Below, piece by piece: positions 50,107 through 60,929 of a DNA stretch of 64,000 nucleotides. This DNA is from Monocercomonoides exilis PA203. Lineage: Eukaryota > Protista > Preaxostyla. The position numbers were made by a program, and so were the translations under genes. The DNA lies in contig LSRY02000066.1 of NCBI GenBank assembly GCA_001643675.2, positions 62,001-126,000 of the forward strand, in the 5' to 3' direction. Each line of letters starts with the position of its first letter. Position 1 is the stretch's first letter. The notes below the pieces were generated by a model, which saw only the letters and a program-made list of their open reading frames with translations, made no database searches and was not told where the DNA came from.

Positions 50107-50846
50107 ATCAATTATCTTCACACAAATTATAATGAAATAGTGTTATTTTCACTCTTGAAATAAAAAAAATTATTTAAGGCTTTTCTTTCAAAGAATTTGA
50201 TCGAAAATTATATGATAGAACGAGAGCGATTAGAAAAAACGACTCCGTTTAAATTCACATTTATTTTGAAAAAGAAGAATAAAAAAAGAAATTCGTTATT
50301 CCAAATTCGTCTCACTACGTTTCAGTCAGATTAAAAAAAAATAAATTTTAAAGAAGATTATTCTCTTTTTAATAATATATGCCTCTCCATTTTTGTAATT
50401 GTATTACATCACAAAAATAAATAAGACCACAATCATTGTAATTTCTATTCTTGAGTATTTCAATCTTTAACTAATTGAAAAAAATAAAAAACACATGTTT
50501 AGCTTTCAAAAATACAAGAATTGGAAAATTGAGAGTAACATCATTATCAACATCGAGTGAAACAAACAAACGTCATATAAAATAAAAGAAATCAATAAAA
50601 ATATGACTTAAATTTGTAAAACTTATTTCAACATAGTTCTTTATAAGAAGTTGTTTAGAAACAATGATATGATGTTTTGAAATGGTAATTGTGGAATAAT
50701 TAGATTATTTCCCCGTTAACTTCAACATACGCAAATAAAGCTCAGCTTTATTCATCATTCAATAAATAATATAATATCACTTTCTGCATTATTCTTCAAA
50801 TGTCAGGGCATTGAAAATTAATTGAAATGACCATTTTTCACTTGAA

Positions 50847-51445
50847 TCAAGTCAAATAAAATGCCTTTTCATTTATCAGTATATTTGCACTTTGGATTTG
50901 TTGAATATAGTTATCCAAAAATAGAATATTTCCATAAATCTCCGCAAAGCATCCATTATCTGTCCTTTTAACTTGTAAAGCCTTAATATTAAAGAAGATT
51001 AAGAGCAAAATAAATACAATGAAGAGATTCATACCCTTATTGCTATTTTTGTTAAAGTCTTTAATATTTTTCCAGTGTAGAACTTTTAACAATTATTGAC
51101 AAAATGTAAAAATTTGATTTCCATTTACAACATAAATTATGATTATTGGAGAATGAAGATATCTTAGAATCCATTCGTCACATTTCTCCTCATCATTTTT
51201 ATTCTGAATTCCATGTTTGAAAAAACTATAATTCTGCAAATGACTATTGAAACTCTTTTGCAAAGGATTCTGCAATTCCAAATGATAATTCAACATAATC
51301 TTTAGAAACGATTTAAATTTGAATATGCATGCTAATGCACACGCCTTCAAAAAAAAAAATGCGATTTGTAATCAAGTCACAGAAAATATAAAACACACCT
51401 ATTTGCTAAAAATTCAACCATTGCCCTTTGCAAAATAAAATTCAT
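50847..51445 (-). CDS. Hypothetical small multi-exon gene
   Basis: Consecutive minus-strand ORFs 51093-51350 and 50847-51092 with acceptor-like sites; structure uncertain. Confidence 0.25.
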
Positions 51446-51459
51446 CGGGTAATGTTGAT

Positions 51460-51985
51460 TCAATGCATTTTTTCCTCAGAAGTTGAAATTATGAAAAGAA
51501 CAATAATATCCATTAAGAATGGAAACCAGCTGTTTAAAAATGTTTGAAAAATGTTGTTGGAAAAATATCAAAATAAAAGAAAACCAAACCATCCTAAAAT
51601 GCAGGAAATCAGCCACTCAACAAATCCCCCAGCACAAGTACGCAAATAAACAAACATTAGAATGCTAACTGCATGCAAAATAAAAGCTAAGAGATTGTTC
51701 CCTTCCATTAAAATTGACGCAAAAAATGTGAAATATTCCAAAAGCAAAAAAAATGCTATGAGTGTTAAATATTACAATTTTTTTTGAAGATCATAAAAAT
51801 TCAATTCACAATTTGTTAATGCAATTCAATTGATATAATAATAACATACAGCTTATAACAGTGATAACAATGACTTCAGAAGACCATTCAAATGGATTGA
51901 AAGTGGTACCAATTTGCGTTGCAAAATTTATAAAAAATACTCCTTGTAATACTTGAAAAGCAAAACGTAAGCCAGAAAAATACAT
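51460..51985 (-). CDS. TMEM107-like ciliary transition-zone membrane protein, 3 exons (absent from the ORF track)
   Basis: Spliced product MYFSGLRFAFQVLQGVFFINFATQIGTTFNPFEWSSEVIVITVISSFFLLLEYFTFFASILMEGNNLLAFILHAVSILMFVYLRTCAGGFVEWLISCILGCWFPFLMDIIVLFIISTSEEKMH. Four hydrophobic helices, with RF, TFxPxE, E, H, W and P..D positions matching the TMEM107 pattern as I recall it. Confidence 0.6.
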
Positions 51986-52081
51986 TCAAAATTCTTAAAA
52001 TTATTATTACTTATTGATCATAACTGATCGCATGTGATATTTGTGTCTTTACCGTTATTAAAATTTTTTCTTTTCTGTTTA

Positions 52082-53805
52082 ATGTCTTCCAAATACGCAA
52101 CAGCACAGAAAATTCCTGAGGGGCTACCAGAATTGCTGAAAGATTTTGCAAGAGAAGTACTTCGAAAACAACCAGTCAATGTTTGTTTATTCTGATTCAA
52201 TTTTTAAAAATTTTTGTAATTGCTATTCATTTGAAGATTTATGCATTTGGAGCAAAGTACTTCAAAGAACTTTTGGAATATCAATCGACTTCTCCTTTTG
52301 CTGCAATTTCTGAGCAAGTTCAAGAAATGTTGGAGTCAACAGATTCATCTCATTCTGGAGTTGTCACTTTTGAACAATTCAAAAACATTCTATTTGATGA
52401 ATCATTGAATTTACCAGAACGTCTTTCCCAAATGGCTCTGATTGAACAGTCAATTAATGATGATGGAACGTGCAGCTATCAGGGATTTCTTGAGATTTTG
52501 ACTCCTTGTTTAGATGCCGCCAATCTGGTGCAACCAAACATTCATGGAGAAGAGCAACCAAGAATACACATTCATGGTTTAATTCGAGACGAATTCGAAC
52601 AAACATTGTCTTTGAAATTACAAGAGTTTCAAGCATGCGGGGCTGGAGAGATTGAACGTGCTGCGATTCGAAAAGCACTTCAGGATCAGGAACTTGGATT
52701 AACAAGAAAGGAAATAAATCTTTCAATGGGATATATAGAGCAACAATACCCAGATGGAACATTTGATTACGCAGAGTTGGCATCAAATTTATATGAACTA
52801 TTGTTCCATTCACACGAAGAGAATTTCCTGTCTCTTCCAATGGACAAAGATAGTGCCAGAGATGCTTTAATTCGCGCATTTCAAGAAGCAGCACCTGAAG
52901 GAGTGTATGAGACCTTTTTTTCTTGGCTAAAATTTGATTTATTTTTTTATCTAAAATGGTAACATTTTGTTCAATCTATTGTTGTTGTAATGCAACTTGC
53001 TGTTAACGCGATCTAAACTAATTTAATTTTTGACGCCTGTTTTTATAGGCAAGAATTACACGCTTTAGACATTGAAAGCATCCTGTTCAGCTGTGATTTG
53101 GGCTTCACCGAGCTGCAAACTCACGCAATCATTGGAGTGTTGGCTGATCTCACTGTAGACGTTGATTTTGTTGCGTTTGCTAGCTACATTGCTGGCTGGG
53201 TCGCACAATTTGAACAAGGAACAGATTTGGTATGCTTTATTGAAAGTGAACAAATGAGAAAAATTTATTTGCCATTGAGAAAAAGCATATTTGATTCTAA
53301 TTTTATGATATAATTGTTGCAATATCATTGCGAACTTTTTTTATTCTTTAATTTTCATTTATTTTAATGATATTATTATTCACAGAGGGAAGTTGGTCCA
53401 ACTGTTGCTGGAATGGAGAGGGAGGCACTTCAAGAACATCTTCTATCAGAATTTAAAAAGGTCGATACAAGTGACACTGGTGTGTATTATCTACTTGTTA
53501 TTATTTCCACAAATGTTTACGATTTTTTTCCCCCCAAATCATCAAAATTATTTTGAAAAAATGTTGTTTCCTCACATTTTTTTCTTCGATTGATTTCTTC
53601 AGGTTATTTACCATACACAACAATTGCTGAGATTATTTCTCAATTACCTTTCTCACCTCGCGAAAAAAGCGCTGTTTTATCATTTGCTTTGCCTTCGATG
53701 AGTGATGAAGAGGGAGTACCTTATATTGTAATTGTGCAAAATGTGGTTAATGTTTGCTTTATGCAAACAAGGCTGGCACTTGATCTTGTAGAATCTGAAC
53801 AATAA
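52082..53805 (+). CDS. RIIa dimerisation/docking domain plus multiple EF-hands (radial spoke protein 7-like), about 5 exons
   Basis: Exon 1 MSSKYATAQKIPEGLPELLKDFAREVLRKQPVN|IYAFGAKYF is an RIIa domain; EF-hand-like loops DSSHSGVVTFEQF, NDDGTCSYQGF, LGLTRKEINL...PDGTFDYAE. Confidence 0.8.
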
Positions 53806-54091
53806 ATTTAATAAAAATATTTGAATTAAATTATAATTAAATATAAACAATATTTATCTGTTGTTTCTTTATGCTATTATTCATTTCACAATTTTTTTTC
53901 TTTTTTGATTAGCAATTTGAATTTTTCTTTTTGAAAGATTTTTTTGAAGAAAATTTAGAGTATTTTCTTCAAATTTATTCTCCTAATCTGTCTTCACAAA
54001 ATACAATTCAAAACTTCATCTTCATCTTCATCGCTGTTTTTTAAAGTCCCAAACAATACAATAATTTGTACTTGTTTCTGCATTTGAAATA

Positions 54092-55099
54092 GGGTCAGCT
54101 TTTTAATGGGACTTTTTCCTTAATTGGCACTTTTTTTGTTTTCGCTTGCAAAATGTCGAGAAATGAGAAGTAGTTTTCAGCATTTTAAAAATCCTTTTTA
54201 ACAAATTTTATTCTATTTATTTATTGTTTTCATTTTTATTTTCGTTTTTTACACATCGAGAAATTTCGTTTTTTTGTTAAATTTAATAGTACTTTTTCTA
54301 GCCAACCAGGCAACTCAAAAAAAATTGGGTACATGTTTTATATAGCATTTGCTTTGAACTATTAATCTTTTAAATCTTTTTTTTCACAAACACTTTTTTC
54401 TTGATTTTTTCGCATTTCAAAATTTCATCAACATGATAACATAAAACTGATTATTTCTTTATTAATATAATGAAATGACAAAAATAAAAATATGATATGA
54501 ATAACTAACACTTTAAAAACCAAGTGTTGCGAAAATGAAACATTAATTTTTTCTATTTGTCTTTTTCCGGCAAATGGCGCAAACCAAAAATGATCAATGA
54601 TCAAGTCTTTGTAACAAAGTTAAATACTTGACAAGTAGATACAATTAATATTTTATTGGTATAATACTTCATTGTTAAAGCATTTGTTTTACATGTCATA
54701 TTTTTATTTTTGCCATTTCATTATATTAATAAAGAAATAATCAGTTTTATGTTATCATGTTGATGAAATTTTGAAATGCGAAAAAATCAAGAAAAAAGTG
54801 TTTGTGAAAAAAAAGATTTAAAAGATTAATAGTTCAAAGCAAATGCTATATAAAACATGTACCCAATTTTTTTTGAGTTGCCTGGTTGGCTAGAAAAAGT
54901 ACTATTAAATTTAACAAAAAAACGAAATTTCTCGATGTGTAAAAAACGAAAATAAAAATGAAAACAATAAATAAATAGAATAAAATTTGTTAAAAAGGAT
55001 TTTTAAAATGCTGAAAACTACTTCTCATTTCTCGACATTTTGCAAGCGAAAACAAAAAAAGTGCCAATTAAGGAAAAAGTCCCATTAAAAAGCTGACCC
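54092..55099. mobile_element. 1008-bp foldback element with near-identical TIRs of about 405 bp and TA flanks
   Basis: TA|GGGTCAGCTTTTTAATGGGACTTTTTCC ... GGAAAAAGTCCCATTAAAAAGCTGACCC|TA; arms at about 54092-54499 and 54692-55099. Confidence 0.92.
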
Positions 55100-55862
55100 T
55101 ATGGGACAGACTATTTCACTTTATGAATTTTGTTCCAAACAAAAATTTCTCATATTTTTCTCAATTTTTTTAATTTTTTTGCATTTATTTGCATTGTAAT
55201 GGTTGACTTTTTATGATGTTATTGCAGAAAAAGCTTGCAACAATCATTGTTTTCTTCATAAATGCAAAAATTATACGCCAAAGACATGAGAAACACTGAC
55301 AAAGAGTATCCAGTCGTTTGAGGTATGATACAATCAAACAGCATAAGGGTAAATTGAATCTGGATTACGCTCTTCGATGCACAGCCATTTTGAGCAAAAA
55401 AAGGAAATTATTTTGACAACTATGACTATTTCAACATCACTGCCAGTATTAGAAAAATTGGCAATCCACATTCTTCAATTGCCTTCCAACATTATTATTG
55501 TTTTCCTCTGCTTCTAGGTGAACTCATGGGATACTGGATATTGTGCCTTGATTTGAAAAATGCATAAGATTCATCAAATTGTTATTGTTTTTCAGAAAAA
55601 TATAAAATTGACATGGTTTGATTAAATTATTGAAATTGAACGATAAACCAAACGAAAAAAAGAAAAGAAAAGTTGAGATACAAAAATGAACGTCGATTAG
55701 GAATACTCAGACATTTGACGGAACGTCAAGTTCTTCGCCAAATTTTTGACCAATAAATTAAAAATATCAAAATTTCTTGTTGCGACGAATAAATCCAGAT
55801 GCTATTTTTATGTTGATTCAAATAAAAAAACGAGAATATTCTCAATTCGAAAAGACGAACAT

Positions 55863-57095
55863 TCATGTGAAATCATTAGTGATCATCCACTTTGGTGGCT
55901 CATTCATGCAATTCTTTTTCCAAAACGTTGCCATTGTCCATCCAAAATTGTCGCTTATAGTAATGTCATGTCTCATCCACTCAGGTGGCTCCGTCTTTGT
56001 ATGATAAATCCAAAGCATTGCCATTGTTTCTCCATTCTTATTAGCAATCGTAATATGGTGTCGCATCCATTCTGGTGGCTCTGTTTTAACCATTTCGATC
56101 CATATCTTCGCCATTGTCCAACCGTCTTTACTGCAAAGAGTAATGTCATGTCGCATCCATTCTGGGGGCTCTGTCTTAACTTTTGTGATCCATATCATCG
56201 CCATTGTCCAACCGTCTTTACTGCAAAGAGTAATGTCATGTCGCATCCATTCTGGTGGCTCTGTTTTAACCATTTCGATCCATATCATCGCCATTGTCCA
56301 ACCGTCTATATTGCAAAGAGTAATGTCATGTCGCATCCACATTGGTGGTTCTGTTTTCATGTATGAAATCCATATCATCGCCATTGTCCAACCGTATTTA
56401 TTGCAAAGAGTAATGTCATGTTGCATCCACATTGGTGGTTCTGTTTTCATGCATGAAATCCATATCATCGCCATTGTCCAACCGCCTTTATTGCAAAGAG
56501 TAATGTCATAGCGCATCCATTCGGGAGGTTCTGTTTTAACCATTTCGATCCATATCATCGCCATTGTCCAACCGTCTTTTTTGCCAAGTGCATTTTCATG
56601 ACGAATCCATTCTGGGGGTTCTGTTTTAACTTCCTTTATCCAGTGCATTGCCATCGTTCGCCCGCTGTTATCACACAGAGAAGTGTTGTGTCTCATCCAC
56701 TCAGGTGGCTCCGTCTTTGTATGATAAATCCAAAGCATTGCCATTGTTTCTCCTTTCTTATTAGCAATCGTAATATGGTGTCGCATCCATTGTGGAGGAT
56801 CCGATTCAATAAATATTATCCAGTACATAGCCATTGTCCAACCGTCTTTACTGCAAAGAGCAATGTCATGTCGCATCCATTCTGGGGGCTCTGCTTTCAC
56901 GTGTATTATCCATATCATTGCCATAGTATAGCCATTGTTATTACATAGAGAAGCGTCATGTCTCATCCACTTTGGTGGTTCTGTTTTTTTCTCCACGATC
57001 CAGCTCATTGCTTTCGTCCTTCCCCATTTATCCCTCATTGTTAATTCTGTTTTCCTTTTTGATGAATTCACTTTTTTCTCACTATAATGGATCAT
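55863..57095 (-). CDS. Intronless protein of 13 tandem 30-aa (90-bp) repeats, ankyrin-like GxTxAM motif
   Basis: Consensus GWTMAMIWIxxxKTEPPEWMRHDITLCNKD; open frame of 410 aa. Confidence 0.9.
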   Translation of the reverse strand: MIHYSEKKVNSSKRKTELTMRDKWGRTKAMSWIVEKKTEPPKWMRHDASLCNNNGYTMAMIWIIHVKAEPPEWMRHDIALCSKDGWTMAMYWIIFIESDPPQWMRHHITIANKKGETMAMLWIYHTKTEPPEWMRHNTSLCDNSGRTMAMHWIKEVKTEPPEWIRHENALGKKDGWTMAMIWIEMVKTEPPEWMRYDITLCNKGGWTMAMIWISCMKTEPPMWMQHDITLCNKYGWTMAMIWISYMKTEPPMWMRHDITLCNIDGWTMAMIWIEMVKTEPPEWMRHDITLCSKDGWTMAMIWITKVKTEPPEWMRHDITLCSKDGWTMAKIWIEMVKTEPPEWMRHHITIANKNGETMAMLWIYHTKTEPPEWMRHDITISDNFGWTMATFWKKNCMNEPPKWMITNDFT

Positions 57096-57651
57096 GACTT
57101 TTGTGTTGTTTCCTATAATGATTTAATAATAATTTTATAAAAAAGTTTGCTTCGATTTTTTTAAAAATATCTCTGATCATCCCATCATTATAAACAAACT
57201 CTCCCAAAACAAAAAGATTATTATCGAATCATTATTATTTTTTGACAATTCATACTGATTACCAAAAGAAGAATTCATAAAAAATCAAATTGCACTTCGT
57301 TCTTTCCATCATGGTTTGAAGTCGTTTTTTAATTGAATAAAAAGTTGTTTTTTTATTTTATTGAACTAAACTTTGAAAGACAAATGGGATGATATCTTTT
57401 TGCTTCAAACATTTTGTTCCATTCAATTTTTTCTTCTATATATAAATATGTATTCTATATAATTATGCATGAGAATGAAAGATATATTATGATAAAATAT
57501 CAGAAATAGTTTGGAACAAATCATTGCTTTTTTTCATAAATGAAAGAATTTTACTCCATATGTCAAAATACTTAAAAAATTTTGAAGAAATAGATTATTG
57601 CAAAACAAATTGTGGTTATTTTTCAAATATTTATTTCCAATTTTTCAATTA

Positions 57652-60600
57652 ATGGACGATTCGGCAGACCGTTTGATACTTATCTTATAAGAGATTTTTA
57701 TTTTTTATTTTTTTTTATGAAAAACTATTTTGTACAACCCAGCTCAGATGGAAGATGATGATAGTGATGTTATAATAATAAATTCTCCAACAGAAAAGTC
57801 GTTTATCACAAAAATCATTCGAAGTCAAAATCACAAAACAGTTTTCTATTGTTTTTAAAATGGAGATTCAAAACTTTACTCAATTTCTTTTTCTTTTTTT
57901 CAAAAGAAATTAACTGACAAAGAAGATCCTTCAAATTTAACACAAGGAACATATAAAGGAAAGAGAATACTTGTAAAAGAAGACGACAGAGGAACGCCAA
58001 CATTTCATCAAAATCCAAAAACTAAACCTAAACAAAAAAAGAATCTGAAGAAAAAAGGAAAACAGCAGAAAACTTTAAAGTTAAATGCGAGAAAGCAGAC
58101 ACAAACTTCTCGTAACACAAACTCAACTTCAAAGTCGTCTAATCAAATATCAAAAAATAAAACAGTTGCTCAAAATCAAGATGTTAAGAAAAGTGAAGGA
58201 AAAGAAGAATTATTGAACAAAGATAAAAATATTACAAAAAATTCGCAACCAAAATGGCCAATTGAAGATACAAAAATTCCATTTGCTCTTCATCAATTTA
58301 TAAACCAGGTTAATGAGCTTCAAAATGGATTTCAAACAAAATTGCCATTTACACAATTTTCCTTCAACATACCAAATTTTAATTCGTTTATATCTGTACC
58401 TCAAGTAATAATGGACGATTTTATTGAGACATATGATGGATTGCTTAAAGTGTGCAAAGCATTTAACATTCCTTCATCAACTTTTACAATCACTGAACTG
58501 GAGAGGGTGCTTTTATGGGAGAAAACCAATCTAAAACATAAAAGCACAAACGAGTCAAGCAAAGTCGATGATGAATGTAAGTTGCCTTCTTCTCCCTTTG
58601 ACGCTCCTTCCTTTTTGCGTAAAGAGCCATTGCTTCAGCCTTATGGAGAGTGTCCCTTGTGGCTCAGTCGTATTCTGTCTATCATCTGCCGTGTGTGGAT
58701 AATTGAGAGAGGAGAAATAGGCGAGGAAACATTAAAGAGAAAAACGGGCAGCAAAACACGGAACGGACTGACAACAGGAATTCAATACTCTTCTCTGACA
58801 TCATCTTTCTTCACCTCATTTTCGTCTTCTGTGTCAAATGCATTGTTGTCTTCTTCCTCTTCTTCTTCTTTTTCTTCATCGTCATCATCCTCTTCTGCAT
58901 CCACTTCAACACTCTTCCCACTCACTTCATTCCTTTCTCCGCTTTCTTACAATTTTTGGGTTATTCCTTTGTGCTTGTCAATAGCTGACTACATTCAAGA
59001 TCTGAACAAGAACGAAAGCAAGAAAAGGAGAGAAGAAGAAAAAGAAGAAGTCGACAGAATTTGCTATTTGTGGAGGAGAAGAGAAGAAGAAAGATATGAA
59101 AGAGAAAAGGAAGAAAAGAAGCGAGAAGCAAGAAAAGCTGAATTAGAGAAAGAAAAGATGCAACAAGAAGCAAACAACGAACAAGAAAAATTGAAAGGCA
59201 AAGATAATGAGAATAAAGGAACGAATGATAAAGAAAGAAAAACGAAAGACAAAAAGAAAGAAAAAGAGGAAGAGGAAGAAGCGAAGAGGAAGAAAGAGGA
59301 AGAGGAAGCGAAAGCAGAAGCAGAAGAAAGAGAAGAAGAAGAACGAGAAAAGCGAATGGATGTGTTGGAGCAGTGTTTGAGAGAGAAAGTGCGAAGAGAA
59401 TTGCGACTGAACAGAATAAAACAGGAAGGAGAGACGACAGAAATGAGGGCAAAGCGCATTTGCCTGCTTCTTTTGGGAGACGAAATAAACGAAGTGAAAA
59501 AGAGGATACTTGAATTGGATGACGAAGCAAGCGACGATGAAGACGAGGATGAGGATGATGAGGATGAGGATGAAGAGGATGAAGAAAGCGAAGATGAGAG
59601 TGAAGACGATTCAGATGAACAAAGCAGCGAAGAGTCAGATGAAGATGAGAGTGAAGAATCATATCGAGGAAGAAATCGAAAGAGACAAACGAAACAGAAA
59701 AAGAAGACGAATTCAAAGAAAAACACAAAAAATGAGAAACGAAAATCCAAAAAGAAAACGCAAAAGTCGAAGCAATCTGACCATAAGTTGATGAGAATAA
59801 GAGGAGGAAGAGGAGGACCTCGTAAAAGAAACACGGGACGATCAAACGATAAAAAAGAAAGCAACCAACAGAATGACAATGAAGAAGAACAAAAAGAAGG
59901 CGTTGAGGCAAAAGTTGTGGAGACATATAAAAAGGAAGGAGAAACAAGTGAAGAAAAACAAAAAGAGGAAGAGAAAGAAGAAAATGTGAAAAAACCGTTC
60001 CGCAAAATGGGAAGCAGACTTCTCAAAGAACTAGAATCTTTGATTCCTGCCACAACAGAAACAACAGAAAAAGGAGAAGGAGAAGGAGAAGAAGAGACAA
60101 AAGACCCTGCCACTCAAAAACGAAGCAATGAGAGAAATACAACATCCAAGACACGCTCAACAAAGAACGACGAAAAGAAAGCCAAAACATCGAAAGCTGA
60201 GCAAAAAGAAGATAATATGCTGACAGTCACAAGAAGAGAAACAAGATTATCATCAGCAGCCAATTCAGCTCCGGAAACGAATTCTCAAAGCCAATCAGAA
60301 CAACCCAATTTGAGACGGAGTTTGAGAAACCAGCAAAAACAGGACGAAACAGAAAAGAAGGAGAAAAAGAGTGTCGAAAGAAGAACATCCAGAAGTGGCA
60401 CAAGAAGCGAAGAGAAGAAGAAAGCAGACAGAAAAAGCGATAAAGAAAAGGAAGAAGAAAATACTGAATCAAAAGAAAAAGAAAGTGCAGAGGCAGATTC
60501 AATGAGTGGAGAAGCAAAGAAAGAAGAGAACATTTCAGTTGTTCCCAACAAAATGTTGAGAAGGTCAGAATTGAGGATGTTGGAGGAGTCGCTCTTTCAG

Positions 60601-60870
60601 ATGGAAAGACGATGGACGGACGAGGCGAAGAAGACGAGAAGCGCGATGAGAGAGAGCTATTCAACCAGAAGCAGCACAAACACGAGAAGCGGATTGCGCA
60701 ACAGAAAAGACAGCAGAAGCACAAGAAATACAAGAAGCTCTTCTTCGAGAAGTGCGAAACAGAAAAGAAATTCAAGTATTTCGAGAAAGAAAAGAAATGA
60801 AGAAGAGGATGAAGAGGATGAAGATGAAGATGAAGAGGAGGAGGAGGAAGAAGAAGAGGAAGAAGAGGAG

Positions 60871-60929
<59 letters not shown>

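Noticed and set aside
55863-57030. 90-bp periodic array as a CRISPR-like locus
   Set aside because: The units are in-frame protein repeats without unique spacers, and no cas genes are present
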